From: Parasitella parasitica NRRL 2501
Taxonomy: Eukaryota > Fungi > Mucoromycota
Reading direction: 5' to 3'
Assembly (NCBI GenBank): GCA_025201805.1
Contig: MU619343.1
Coordinates: forward strand, 1 to 64,000
DNA length: 64,000 bases
Shown here: one piece after another, positions 14,467 through 28,967 of the stretch
Layout: each line of letters opens with the position of its first letter
Numbering within the stretch: the stretch's first letter is position 1
Translations under genes and position numbers: made by a program
The notes under the pieces: model-generated
What the model was told of the DNA's origin: nothing
Databases searched by the model: none
The model's input: the letters and a program-made list of their open reading frames with translations, nothing else

Positions 14467-14704
14467 TTTCTTTTTTTTTTTTCGAGCAAGCAAAAGAAAT
14501 GTAAAAATTCTTCTACTCTTGTGCTCAGTAAGGGTAGAAATTCTGTATGGAACTAACCAATCAAAATATGATGTAAACTGTTGTTTCAAAATGAAATACT
14601 TCATACTTGGCTCGTAAAGATCAAAATTAAAGTAAACAAAATATCTAGTATAAATGCGATGAATACTTTTCAATGTGTTTCTTTAAAATTAATCATCTAA
14701 GATA

Positions 14705-16631
14705 ATGAAATTTTCTAGCATTATTTACTCTACTGCCTTGCTGGTGTTATCTGCCTCTGTTCAAGCTAAATTAGAATGTTCATTGGAACAAACCAAAATG
14801 TACGAAACTGCTTTGGACTACTCCTCCACACTTCAAGATATGATCGATGAGGCCAGTCGTTTAGAGTGAGTGCTTTTCTATGATTTTACATTGCATGTCT
14901 TTTATTTAATTGATTGTATTTAGAAAGCCTGTTGTGTACCTTGATTCCGGGCTTTTCGCTATTGATCCAGAAAAACCAATTATATTAAGGAAAGGCGTGT
15001 CTTTAAAGGGTAGTTTAAATGAGCCGACTATTCTTACTGCTATGAATAAGAACGGCACGGCATCAATTGAAGGTAAATCTGTGTATAGAATGGAGGCATG
15101 CTATCGTTCTCACACATCCCTGTAGTTTATCAAGACAATCAAGCTTGGGCCATCCAAAACATTGTCTTTGAAAATGTAAACATTTTAGTGGATGAAAACA
15201 AAAATGAAGATGAAACAGCAATTTTGGGCAATTTGTTCTTCAACGGTGGGCGTGGATCAATCATGGCGCAATATGGTGAAAAATTGTATATTGGTATGTT
15301 TATATTCAGTTATGAGACGTCTTGTTTAACACTCTAATTTAAGATGGCAACATATTTTTGCGTGACCAATTGCATCAAGCTGAAAAAGAAATTCCTACTT
15401 ATAATGATACAAACACTGGCGTATTGTTCCAAACACAAAAGAATAGCGTTGTCTCTAATAATATCTTTGGGATGGATTTGCGAAAGATGGATGTTCTGGA
15501 ACCTGTTGTAGATGCTCAGCTGAAGAAGCCCCTTCAAGATCTCAAGTTTATTCATGAATGTCTCGGTCGTGAACTTGCAGATGAGCAGGGTTATTTGGCT
15601 TCTGGTCTTCAGTTGTACTTTTCAAAGGACATCACAATTAAAGAAAACATTATGGTATGCATTTGTGTACATCATGTGCGTAATGTTTACATTTTAACAC
15701 ATTTTTATACAGAATGCTACATTCCCTGATACCCATCCTATTCCACAAAATCATGGTATTAGCGTTGTTGGATCCAATCAAACTTACATTTATCAAAATT
15801 TCATTGCTGGCTGGAAGATTGCCGATTTAGGCGGTGCTATTCGATTTACATCTGCTGTAAGTTTACACATACTTTAGGAAAAGCAAATAAACTAACACAC
15901 GTATGGGCACAGGTCGATGGCTATGTCATGTCTAACTACTTCGCAAACACTGGCGTTATGATGTATGCTGCTATCCATGCAGATTTCATGCAAGTCAGCA
16001 ACATGGTTCTTCACAACAATTTCCTTTATCGTTTCCTTAACCCTGAGGTTGCTCCCGTGCAAGAGCAACTGGCTGGCTGGTTGTATGAAGGGTTTACCTT
16101 TTTCGATTTCTACACTGCTCGTTTAAATTACACTATACGTCCTCCAATTTGGAACAGCAGCGTCCCAATCTCCCCTTGGGGTTGGCACATTGTTCTCTCC
16201 GAAAACAAATTTGGTGCTTCTGAAGGTATGGATCCAAATGTCATCAGTCTTGGTAACTTGGACCCGAATGAAGCTTATATTGATCGTAAGAATTGCTATG
16301 TTACTGAACCCCTTATGCCTGGTTCAGAACATGACCAACGAATTCCTTTGCTCTGGAAACAAACATATGAAAAAGGTGTTTACACTAAGCATGGTGGAAA
16401 GATTCCACAGGTAAGTTTTTCATACTCTATCTTTTTTCGTCGACATTTCTAACAGAAAAAAATTGTGTATAGAAAATCATGGAACATACTAGCGATGATT
16501 TGGCTGATCAGATTCCTGCTCATCTACGCAACTTAAAGATACCTGATTACTGGAAAGTATTCACCCTCAAGAATGATACTATTCCCATGCTTTCCCCTGA
16601 TACTCCATGCTACCGTAGCAAGAAACAATAA
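14705..16631 (+). CDS. Secreted parallel beta-helix (pectin-lyase-fold) protein; about 7 exons
   Basis: Signal peptide MKFSSIIYSTALLVLSASVQA; LQDMIDEA..VVYLDSGLFAI..IILRKGVSLKG..PTIL opening typical of Pectate_lyase_3-like beta-helices; repeated xIxxNxF turns (AILGNLF, VVSNNIF, IYQNFI, VMSNYF, VLHNNF). Confidence 0.8.
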
Positions 16632-17254
16632 GTTTCTGTAAATTTCATAGAACGCCTGCAACATGATATATTCTTCACCTTTAGTTTATTATTATCTATT
16701 TATTTTTTCAAATTCAATAAACACAGCTTACATATTATTCTGCGTAAAAATCGTTGCTTACTGCATATAAATGTGACAGATCCTTCTAGATGCTGCCTAT
16801 GTCTATAGTTCTGAGGAAGCTTAAATTTAACAATAGTTTTTCCAGCTCAATTCGTACTGTGAAATATATTCACTATGTATATAGAAATATAATCTGCTCA
16901 AAAAAATGTATAACTTTATAAAAATAAAATCACAGACACAAAAATTTATGATTTTATTGATAATATAGTGCCATCTTTTTGTCTATTGTAACACTCTTTA
17001 TCATCATGGTTAAACATTGAACTTGGTGTGTAATACCAGGTTAATTACATGTTTTATTGTATGTTTATAGCTTATTCCTTGTCATTTTATACAAAGAATT
17101 ACCAATCTAATAATTGCTTATTCTCATGCCTTTCTGGAACAACAAAAATCCTCAATTATTCTTTCTTTGATCTGCCATAATTATAGACAGGAGATCATGG
17201 CAATGTACTTCAATTGAAGATTGAAGATTGTCCAATGATGTGATGCGATACGCT

Positions 17255-17555
17255 TGTGTAAATTGGAGGAGGTTATTCCTGTAAGTGACACAGATCTGAG
17301 CATCAGGATAAAGGTTAAGGCACTGTCAGATCAAAAACGTGCAGCCCTTATTGTATAACCTCACATCGTACCCTTTCAAGTAGATTGTCACTATCAATTA
17401 GTCTTGTCAATTAGTAATCTAAAATAAGTTACCATTAATTTATGTAGCTGTAAAAAGTATAAATAGCAGATGCAATTTCGATCTTAAATAAAGTATCTTT
17501 AAGTTTTCGTATCTCGTTAACATTTGGTTTTTATTATCTTTTTTGATCCAACACA
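17255..17555 (+). mobile_element. Solo-LTR-like repeat, family A, copy 2
   Basis: Homologous to 700-960; TGTG...CACA ends, internal GTATAAATAG and AATAAA; left boundary uncertain. Confidence 0.7.
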
Positions 17556-17840
17556 GTTACCTTAAATTGATATAGACTACATATGCACACAGATAATAAA
17601 AGATGTGCAATACAGATTTATACTATATAAGATGTAAGCGCTAAAAAGCTAGAGATGGCACCATTAGGATGGATGACGCTATAGACTTATACTTATATAT
17701 CGACACGAGCCTTAGACATTTACAAAATCCAGTATATGCTACAAGCTTATGCTAATAAGATAAATATCAAGTGATACACACTCAGACATGTTGTACTATT
17801 AATATAAACTGGATAAGACTATACAAGAAACGATATACGC

Positions 17841-18205
17841 TGTTATATCAATAACATGGCAAGGTCTCACATCAGGATCTCAGATCAGTCCCAGGGTCTT
17901 ACAGTAAATCATGTGTAGTCATGATTTACATTATGCAGTTAGACAGTAGAATCCTAGTGTAATAGATGTGTATGTAATACATCTTTTGGATTTATTTATA
18001 TAAATCAAATGTTGTGCCAGGTCTTGAAAATGAGCATAGCCGGTGATTGTATATGATAAAGAATATAAAAAAGTAATTGATGCTTAATTTACCAGATACG
18101 AAACTAATTGTTTATTGATTGACATAAGAAGCTGTCTATTTATACTAAAATAAATCTATAAAATACAATATTTTTGACATTTAATGTTCTAACAAGTTTA
18201 TAACA
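17841..18205 (-). mobile_element. Solo-LTR-like element, family B, copy 2
   Basis: Perfect 7-bp terminal inverted repeat TGTTATA...TATAACA; TATA box and AATAAA on the minus strand; left part matches 1578-1697. Confidence 0.7.
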
Positions 18206-18907
18206 CAGTAGTAGTCAGAGCAAGATCTATTTCTATATTTAACCAGCTAATCATTATGAATGATTCACATTCATAATATGTTGAGCTTCGCAATTCAGAA
18301 TAAGTAGAACACAAATAGATGGTTTCTTATACAAGACATTCTATTGATTGTTTCTATTTACCAGATAGAATAATCGATGACGTTTAACCCTCAATCCGAT
18401 TAGGAACGGTTGCCATGGTAGCTGATTTAAGATAGTGATAACCATGGCATTCTCTGAATACAACACCAACATTATGTCCTAACGTCATAATTTATGACTG
18501 TAGCTAAGGTTTACTATAGAGCATGCGGTGTAAATCCCTGATTTCCCCCATCATCTTGGCTTTAGCACCTTGATTTAGCCACAAGCCCTATAGCATGTTG
18601 CTGATATACCATCGGGATTGACTCTGATTTGTCAATTCCCCAACAGAACACAATCCAGGAACCTATCCTGATGGATCATGTTCCATATTTGTAACTCGAC
18701 ATGACATATTCATAGATAATAGTTACAATCTACTGTTCCATTCTATAAATCACACCATGTCTCACACTTATCCCCCATCAGTCCACTTATACTCACTAAT
18801 ATATAAACCATCACATTTTACATGTAATAAACGAGATCTTTCCCTGATTATTTACAACCGTTTTATTTGAATAATTTTCTTAGTCTGATAAATCAAGCTG
18901 ATACTAG

Positions 18908-19247
18908 TGTGTATGTTGGGCCTTGAGCTCACGTTGAATAAATCAAGGATAGTGGTGGCAAGGATATAGATTTATTGAATAAAAATATATGCAATGGGAA
19001 GAAGGACAGACAATTTCGCTCATCTTCGTTTATCTTTGGTATTAGCGTATATTTATATGATTTGGGAAATTAGCACAAATTCTTGATGAGCAGTTTACCT
19101 ACTGCTTTTGTAATGTCTGGTTACATATCGTTACAAATTGGATACAAATTGATTGACATATAGTTTAGTATAAATAGAGATCATATCTTATGTCAATAAA
19201 AGTTTTCAGTTCTTATTTGAAGTCTTTATAGAAATAATATTTACACA
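18908..19247 (+). mobile_element. Solo-LTR-like element
   Basis: TGTGTA...TACACA termini; TTTAGTATAAATAGA...CTTATGTCAAT(C)AA block is related to the reverse complement of 18111-18150. Confidence 0.65.
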
Positions 19248-19817
19248 ACATTTCGCTGCGCCAATCTTTTGTGTTGTGCCAGTTTAAGCAGGATAGTCAA
19301 GGTCTGAAAGATGTTGGTGTAAATAGGTGATTTAACCTATTTGATTCGACACAAATATGACATATCCATATATTTTGCCGTTAAATGTAATAACACCTCT
19401 GAATGTAAATTCACTGTCTATTGGCCAAGTCGCTGTATAAACATGGTCTCTTGCCAGCGAGTATCTGCTTTCAATTGAAAAGTAGAACACAAGCTTCATA
19501 AGTAGCTTCGATATGTTTAGATTTAAATCTATGGCTCAGATGCTGTAGAATTGACCTCAAAGGCAATTTCCTTTTACTTTGTTTGTAGCTGAAATAAATA
19601 CTACACAATCTAAGCAGGTACCTTTGACTTGGGTTATCAGCAGAATTATTATTAAAAACATTAGATCTGATTTAAAAAGTTTAAGAAGCTTTTTAGATGT
19701 GTGATGTTTTGATATTTGCAAAATGCTAACGCCATTAAATACAGTATTTAGTTAACTGCTAGGTTATTGGTATACATGCAGCAATTGAACAAGGTTTATT
19801 TGATGATTCAGTCAAGT

Positions 19818-21794
19818 TTAGGCTTCCTCAAGATAACGATACTCAAATCTATGTATCTTGGTCAATATAAAAGTGTTCACAATAATCGTATGTAATAGCT
19901 TTACCTAAAATCTGTCTTTTTTCTTTGACACCAGGCGCCTTCATAATCAAAGTAAATATAAGTGCCTTGTTCGTAATCTTCAGTAATGATCTTTGGCTCT
20001 TCATGGCGTTGGAACCAAGTCAAGTACTTTTTATGGAATCGCCAGGATTGCTTCTTTAGTTCTTTAGCTGCCAAATATCTATACATTGATTATTAATCAG
20101 TCTTTTTTTTTAGCAAATGACCAGTACTTACTGTTGATACGTTCCTTGCTGGTAATAAAAGATGTAAAAAAGCGTATCCATGTCAAACTTTTCGTATAAT
20201 ACAGGGTTATCGAATATAACCAAGGGTTGCTGTGGGTAATAACTTGGGTTACTGAAGGGGTTACGAGGTTGATATAGTTTAAGTCGCTCGGAATCAATCA
20301 AATCAGGCACATGCTGGAAACTGGCATCCAGCATTTGATTAGTGTATTGAAGATCAGGCGTGTTCTTGTTTTTGACTAGCTCAAAGGATGGTGCGAGATC
20401 GGCAAGTGATGCAGGCAATTTGGGGTCCTTGTCATCAGTGCTTGAATTTGAGTATGGACTTGATAAAAGTTCTCTCTTATCAGTTGCTGATGATGACGAC
20501 GAGGGTTTGGATTGATCGATAATTTTTGGCGGCTCATTCCAAGCAGATGCTAAAAAATTCATTTGAACAAATTTTAAAATTTAGATATCATGCGCATGTT
20601 GTGTGGAGTCAAATTACCTTTATCAGATGATTTATTGGATGGTGAGAGGCTTTGTGCATAGTTGGACGATAATGTTGAAGATGATGCATCTCTTGTGGAC
20701 GTGGATTTGACAGCACTTGCCTCAACCTCGTCTTGTACTACAAAAACGGTCGTTCAATAATTGAAAGGCTAAAGCATGAAAAAACTTACACGACTTTGGA
20801 CTGGATTTGGTAGATTTTTTAGGGCTATGCGCAGGTGTTGATAATGAAGAATATTGGACCTTTGATTTGAATTAATTACACGTAAATTTCGTAATGGTAT
20901 ATGCCTGCTTACATGGTCCTCGTTTTCTACTTCAGAATCTGATTTGTCTAGGTCGCCATCAAGTCAATTTCTGATTCATCTCGTTCTTTTCCTCTACTTA
21001 CTATGAAATTCGTCTGTTCGAATCGCATACAGCTCTTCTTCTTTTTCTAAATCTAATTCGTCATAGAGCCCTTCGTCTTCTTCAAAATCAGGTTCTTGAT
21101 TGCATTCGACATAATACTGAATTGCGTCCTTGAATTCATTCACACGATCAGGCTCAAGTTGGTCGTTCTCCAACAACCTCAAAATCAGCTCTAAGCGATT
21201 AATGTGAAATCTTCTTCGTTCGTTCAAGCCCTCCATTTTGTGTAAACGTTCAACACGTTGATTATCCGCCTTCTTGTTACCACGCTTAAAACTCTCCAAC
21301 TGCTCGATTTCAAATTCTTCGTGCTCAATTTGTCTCGACAACTCATCCACAGCATTGGTGAGAAACTCGCAAGCATCGACTTTTTCCTTCTCCTTGGGGT
21401 CCAAGCGTTCTTTTTGCATCAAGCCCTCTTTTGAGTATGCCTTTGTCTTTATCTCCTTTTCAGTCTGCTTGAATCTTTCCATTTGAGCCTCAATTAACTT
21501 TCTATTTTCTAAAAGAGCACGCTTGTCTTTGATGTCATTTGACGATAGCCATGTTTTTATTTGGTCCCGAAGTCGCTGTAGCTTTTTGATTTCTTTTTTC
21601 AGGTCTTGCTCGTATTTGTCTTTTTGGTTGGCGTTGTTGGTATGATGAATTTTGTCAAAGATACTCTCAAAAGTTTCAAGTCCTTCGCTAACTTTCTTTA
21701 ACAATCTGTCTATTTCGGCTATAAATATGTCCACCGTGAGCATTTCATCCATAGGTCATCGTCTTTACATACCTTGCAATTTTTTCATGGACAT
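19818..21794 (-). CDS. NOT3: CCR4-NOT subunit Not3/Not5 (CNOT3); multi-exon
   Basis: MSMKKLQ|[32 protein letters not shown] Not3 N-terminus; NOT-box [16 protein letters not shown]|[35 protein letters not shown]. Confidence 0.95.
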
Positions 21795-24700
21795 TTTTTT
21801 CTTATTGCTGAATACGTAAGCTAAGTTTTTAAAATAGTAAAGGAGAAACAAGGCGAAAAAAAGGAACTCTGTTGATTTCTATTGCAGAACTGTGCTTACA
21901 CCATTGTGACGTACCAATTTCCATCTATTGTCAACATCAAAAATCTGGGAACCAGCATTATAATGATCCATAGAAGCATCTAACATTGGCCTATGAAGCT
22001 AGCGTAGGCTTGGCCTAATCTGTAAACTCATCTGACGTGTCTTTGCGAATGACTTTCGTCTTTCAACGCCCCCTATATTTTCTTCTTTGTCATTTATGCT
22101 TATGTATACTACCAATGAAGCATATTCATTATAGTAGGTGTGTATAGAATGAACATTATAAGCACTCCAAATAGACAGAGCCTACGGTAGTATGTCTCTG
22201 TAACTAATACTCTACTGGTGATTTTCGAAAATCAAACAGTAGAGCAACATTTTTACATTAAAATCGCGATGGTTTGCCTATTAATGTGTGTTTTCTATAA
22301 CAAAAACCGGATATATAGACATAGACAGGTTTCAAGTCAGTGAGCACAATCGATCTAGCAATGAAAACAGCGCTCAGTATTGTTAGAATCATTCAAACAT
22401 GGCCATGATATGCAACAAGCAATGAATTTCGTGATTAAAGTTCCGTTAGTCTTGCTTCAGGTCGCCCTATACATATGGACCTATAACTACGGTAAAATTG
22501 ACCTCATCTTGGCTCTCTGTTTGAAGGTAATTTTGTTATGCCTGTACGACGCACTTCTCTGGAGAAAATCAAACCAAATCAAGAATTATCGGTTATCAAA
22601 TCCTAGAATTAACAAAAGGCTGTATAATTACGCGAATATAATGAAATATATCCTAAGAGCCAATAATTATTGTAAATAGTAATATTGCAAACGTGGCCAA
22701 TTTCATTATATCGACGCGCAGTCTGCTCTACACCTATCCGCACTATTCAGATGTAACAAGCCCGTTATATGCATCACAGTTGAACCAATACCATTTACAT
22801 GTTACGCTTGCAGAAACATGCAGAATAAAAAAAAAGCGGTAAATATCATGCACAAATTTGTACGATGAGAGCTGGGAAGAATACGTAGCCATCGATGTTG
22901 ACGGGATTGCTCGTACGAAATCGAGTAACACAAAGCAATGCTTATTTCACCCAAGTGGTTGACTTTACAAAATGACATCATAGTGCACGCGTAAAACAAG
23001 TAATGAAGTGAACAATAGATTTCAAAATAACGTGGACCATTTAGTGCCATAAACAAAACTGTGCTGTATATTTTGGAGGACATATTAATACCGTACATCA
23101 TGCAAAAATAACACATGATGCGGTAATTACACGCTGCAATTTCAAAACTTGGAGTTCCTCTTTTGGGAAATGTAATTTTTTAGCCTTCATACATTGACAT
23201 GGAACAATAATGCATACAAAAATACTAAAAAAAAATATGCTTTAAGTCATGAAAGTGCTGGTGAGCTCTAGCATACCATTATCCCATTTAAAGGTCGTGC
23301 AAAAGCTGGAAAAAGTTTGCTGTATTCCGAAACCAGGAAACGTCTGAAGAGGAGGCTCATCGGTAACAATTCCATAATCTGCTGAGAAAGTAAAATTACT
23401 CATGGAACTGTGTATTGACTCCAGGCTATATTCTTTCATTTGAATTATAGGCCTATTCTTTACCTGAGGTACGATTGCCATATTGTTTGACAGAGCAATC
23501 TCACACGGCGATAGCTTGCATTTCCAATTAACTATTGTCAATTATTTTGGAATATCTGCCTACATTTATCATTATTGTCACAAAGCGCTGTACAATTTCA
23601 ACTTTTTTGACTGTGAGAAAAACGAATGATTAGTCCTCCCCCCATATAATATTTCCTATAATTTTCTAACCAGATCTGGTTCCCCGGGCACAACCGAGAG
23701 ACGAAACATGGAAAGTTCGTGAGAAGATCTTTTTTATTTTTGGGATCATCAAAAAGAAAAGCTACTGTTTGAATGTGTTTAATAGACCAATATTTTTCCA
23801 TGATAGAATACTCTTGAAACAAAGAAAATTTTTGGTTATACGACTGTATTCATTAGACAAATCGTATATCCTCTCATTTATTAGTAATGTGGATACCACG
23901 TCATTAATTGATTACAATTAAGTGATTTTGTACAATTTCATTGCCATGGTTTAGTATATGTTGGTAACGACTATGTACTAAGCCTTTTCTCTATAAGGAA
24001 ACTTGCAGTCTTTGTCTGGTTTTCCCGGGATTAAAAAAGCATTTCATATACTCTTAATTTGAAAAATGACCCTTTGAATATCAATATTATCTCATAAAAC
24101 GCACTAAAATAAAAATCTTGGCGAAGTATTGTACTTGTAGATTAGGTTGTGATACATTTGCTATATACTAGACAAAATTCACTCGCACATTCGATAAGAT
24201 TTTACTCATGAACAAGATTTTATCTCAGATTATCTCAGTTGAAAATATTAAACTTCAATCACAAAATCCGATCCGTGTAACCAGTGAACAGGCGTTGAAA
24301 AATAAACCGATAAACGGGTGAAGAAATGTATTTGGAGCCGGAAAAAAAAGGAATTTGCCTGCATATTCGATTTGATAATAATGTATAAAAAAGTGCATAT
24401 CCGATGTATAAGCAAGCAGTAATAATTCATATCACATCTACAGTGCAAAAACAAAAGAGGTTAGATCATTATTTCCGTGTTTGTTTAAACATTACAGAAT
24501 ATCCTTTTTTACCAAGGTCTCCAATCAGTAAGTTTTGCAGTTGAAATCCATGATTGGCTGCATCGATGCAATAGATCACATGTACACGGTTTTCTCCGTA
24601 TATGTATAAGGATATGCTGGCTTTGCAGCAATTGGGTCGGCTATAATGGTTGTAAAGGGCGACTGACACTAAGAGAGCATCTCATGAAAAAATGATTTGT

Positions 24701-25488
24701 ACTTTTGAAGCAATTAATTCTAATGAAAGAGCATCGGAACCTATTATGTCCAGGTAAAAGAAAGAGGTTTAGCGCAAAAAGAGATTGATATTAGGTCCCT
24801 TTCTTTTATTCTTGTCGTGAGAAAAGCACTCAGTGTGGGTTCTTGAATGGTTTACACATATTGGAAACATGTAATTTATCGCTATATTTTTAGTACAGAA
24901 TTTGTCATACTTTTTTTTCCCGCCCGCAGTGGCAGTGAGAGATAGCAGGTTTCACCAAAATGTGATACGGCAAAGAAAGCTTTCTATAATGATTTATCTC
25001 CAAATTCCCTTGATTAGAAAGCTAATCTGCAGATTGATGTTTTCTGATAATTAATCCTTTTTTGCGTGAGAAAAATAACTTGTATTCTACAAAACTCTTT
25101 CTACATAGTTGGTTATTTGCATCATTTATAAACGCTAGCAACATTCCGAAGTTGACATAATGTAAAAAAAAAAAAAAAGTGGAACCATTTGGATGCATTT
25201 GGTAAAAAGTGCATTTGGTGGTCATAGGCCTAAAAACTACCCAGTCGAGCGGTATTTGGTAGCAGGACACCTACCCCTCTCTTTTCATGAACCAACCACA
25301 ACCTCTTTTGCGGGGCTTTTAGCGAATCCACTTATCTTTTTAAAGTTTCAGGTGCTACAAACATCCATTAGAATTTTTTCCTTTCAAAAATTGTTTTGAT
25401 ATAAATAGACGTCTATTTTTCCTTACTACAAAAACTCTTTCTTTCGTCTCTAAACTTCTTACTTTTTTTTTTTCTTGTACAAATCTAA

Positions 25489-26882
25489 ATGCCAGCTGAT
25501 TCATCCTATCCGGCTTCAGTCGCCTCTGAAAAAGTCAAGGTCGAAGAGACCGTCATTGACAATTATGTCGAGGAAGATCGTGCATCAAGCATTGTCAATG
25601 AATTTGGCCATGGCAATGGCAATTTTTTGACCGCTTACTTCAATGTCGTTTGTGTTGTTGCTGGTACTGGTACTCTGGGTCTTCCAAAGGTAAGAATGAT
25701 TTGATCTAGATCACTCCATTTAGTTCAAAATTGAACTAAAATTTTTGCCTTATATAGGCTTTTGCTGAAGGCGGCTGGTTAGGTATTCTCATTCTATTCC
25801 TTGCCTATTTCATGGCAATGTATAGTGCTGTTGTCCTCATTCGCTGTTTATACTATAAGCCTGGTCATCGTCTCCATGACTATAAAGCCATCGGTACTGC
25901 TGCATTCGGCTGGGTGGGCTATATTGTTGCATCATGTCTTCATTTGCTTAATTTGTTTGGTTGTCCAGCTCTTTACCTTGTGTTGGCCAGCAATAATATG
26001 GTCGCCTTGTTGAATGGAACAGCTGGTTCTGTCTTGAGCTACAAGGTTTGGGCTATTATCTGGGGTGTCTTTTTGTTGCTGCCCTCTGTTATTATGAGAA
26101 CTTTGAAAGAAGTAACTGTCATTGCTGCCATTGGTGCTGTTTGTACCATGATGGCTGTCTTTGTCATCCTCATCCAAGGCCCTATGCTTCGCAACGCTAA
26201 TCCTCAAAACATCGTAATGCACGACTCCGTTATTTGGGAAGGATTCCCCGTTGCTCTGTCTACAATTGCCTTCTCTTTTGGTGGTAACAATACTTACCCT
26301 CACGTCGAACACGCTTTAAAGAAGCCTCATCAATGGAAATATGCTGCTCTTGCTGGTCTTTCTACTTGTACCGCTCTCTACTTTTTAACTGCTGTCCCTG
26401 GCTATTGGTCTTTCGGAAGAGATACCCAAAGTCCCATCTACAATTCTTTGCCTTCCGGTAGCACTGGTCAGATTCTCTCCATGATCGTCATGACTATTCA
26501 TGTTATTTTCGCTATTCCTATCTATACCACTTCCTTCTCTCTTGAATTCGAACAATGGACTGGTGTCACTGATGAACGCTACGGTAGATTTGGATGTTGG
26601 TGTCTTCGTGGCCTTATTCGTACGGGTACTATGGTTATTCTTGTCGTCCTTGCTGCGTTCATTCCCTTCTTTGATGACTTTATGGGATTGATCGGTGCTC
26701 TTGCAAATTGTGGTTTGGTATTCCTTTTGCCTATCTTATGTTACCTTAAGCTTACAGGAGTCCGCAATAAGCCTTGGTACGAGCTCGCTTTCTGTGCTTT
26801 GACTCTTTTCTTGGGTATCATTGGTTGCGTTTTTGGTACAATTGACTCTATCAAGGCTTTGATCAGGGATTTCCAAGCTTAA
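25489..26882 (+). CDS. Amino-acid/auxin permease family transporter (Aa_trans, AVT1-like); 2 exons
   Basis: TAYFNVVCVVAGTGTLGLPK|AFAEGGW, AFSFGGNNTYPHVE, about 11 hydrophobic segments; intron 25690-25758. Confidence 0.92.
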
Positions 26883-27724
26883 TTGCTCTGTATTGTCTCT
26901 TGACATTCTATACCTATAATCCTTTCTTTTGTAACAGTTTTTTTTTATCCATTCACCATTTCCAGATTGTATATATTTATATTTTTTACCTTCCTTCACA
27001 ATTATTTAGGAAATACATACATATTCTATAATAAAATTTGTACTCTAGATGATCTACATAATATTTATTAGTGATCTGAACAGGGCGTCCATTGTTTATT
27101 CGATTAAGAAAATTTATAACAGTTTTTCTGCCGATTCTTTTATGCGTCGCCATTATACAAGTTGAAAAGTTGAAACCTTACCACGTACATTTTCGTCATT
27201 CATATATATAACACGACAAGTCAATTATGTATAGTCTAAAATAATTATTCCTTTGTGCTATAAAACGAATATGTGAGAACCGATTCTGGTGGTCTACGTC
27301 AAATATAGAGTCTCAACAGAGGAATGTTCGTATGATCTAGATATTGGTTTCTTTGGGTAGGACAACAACTAATCAATAGGTTTAATTTACCTCTGTTTGC
27401 GTCTCTCAAATAACTATTAAATGCTGATAATTCATCAAATTTCTGCTAAATTCTTTACTTCTCCAAAAATTATTTCTGGCTCTTTGCATTCTATTTGCGA
27501 TGGATGTAGCAATCATTTTCGAGAATTACAAGTTTGCTATATTATTGGCTTCAGCAACTGCACTATAGTAAAGGTAGGATACATAAACATCGCATGTATA
27601 GCTAGGCATTTTTCTCAAACCCCTCTGACAGTCAAGTATGTAAAACTAGTACACTTTATTCGATACAAATGTGGCGGGTTAGGATGATGATACAAGTCGT
27701 TTTTTTCAAGAAAAAAGCGTGAGT

Positions 27725-28967
27725 TTACTCGAAATCTTCATCAAAAACTGGAATACCCCAAGCAGGCTTGACAAAACGCTTAGTAGTGGTCTTGGAGATA
27801 TCATTGATTCTTTGGATCTCTTCTTGGGTCAATTCAACAGTTTCGATATTGGCAGCAATACGCTATGTTTGTTTGTTAAAGAAAAAAAAAAGTTAGTAAA
27901 GATTCAGACTCATGTATCACAATGATAGCATACTTCAGGATTCACACTCTTGGGCAACACACTGGTTCTGGTGACACCCCAAGAAATCAAGATTTGGGCA
28001 ATAGATTTCCCATGAGTGTCAGCAATTTCAGCGAGTGTTTTATCTTGAAGCAAAGTGGATTGAGAAGATCCCAAGGGAGAATAAGCAGAATTATGGATGC
28101 CCTTGGACGTACAGTATTCAAGCAATTTGGTTTGTGGCAAGTAAGCTGCATAAGCACAAAAAAGGTCAATACCTGTAGTTTGATTGTGTTTTGATTTAGC
28201 CACTTACGATGAAGCTCGACTTGGTTGACAGCAGGAACAACCTTGGCTGTCTTCAAAAGACGTTCAAGGTTGGGAATAGAGAAATTGGCGACACCAATGT
28301 TCTTGACTTTGCCGGTATCCAATAGCTCTTCCATGGCGGCCCAAGTATCTTCAAATCTACCTTTCAATTCCTCGTCAATGTCGCGAGTGCCGTCAGGTTT
28401 AAGGGGCACTAGCTGACCTGTGGCAGGGTTCATGGCAACGGGCCAGTGCATCATGTACAGATCAATGTACCCGATATCCAATTTGTCAAGAGAATCCTGA
28501 AAGGCCTTGGGGACATGAGAGGGACGAGCATGGATGGTGGCCAACTTTGTGGTCACGAAAATGTCCTCACGCTTCAAGCCGCTTTCCTTGAGCCCATCAC
28601 GAACGCCTCTACCAACCTCGGCTTCGTTGCCATACTATTTATATAGTAAAGGCGGTGAGATTTGACTGACGCGCACATAGTGCGAAATCTTACCATCATG
28701 GCGGTATCGATGTGACGATAGCCATCAGCAATAGCTGCCTTGACAGCTCTGTAAACAGTGTCATTTTCCTCTCCAGATTGCCTTTGATAAAGCGAGTTAG
28801 CTATGTCTTTGAAGGAGAACACTATCGAGCTATTCAACTAACCAAGTTCCTAAACCAACAGCAGGAATCTTGTTGCCATTGTTTCTAAATCAAGGAGTAT
28901 TAGATGACTTGTTGACGACACAGAATGCGGTCTACACGTACAATGTAAAAGTCTTTTGGCAAACCAT
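27725..28967 (-). CDS. Aldo/keto reductase (GCY1/YPR1-like); multi-exon
   Basis: IPAVGLGTW, GYRHIDTA, KREDIFVTTKL, YIDLYMMHWP, GKVKNIGVANF, PAVNQVELH, AYSPLGS, VLPKSVNP. Confidence 0.93.

Noticed and set aside
18953-18963. TGGTGGCAAGG as a tRNA primer-binding site
   Set aside because: It lies inside the TGTGTA..TACACA unit, not just after an LTR-terminal CA
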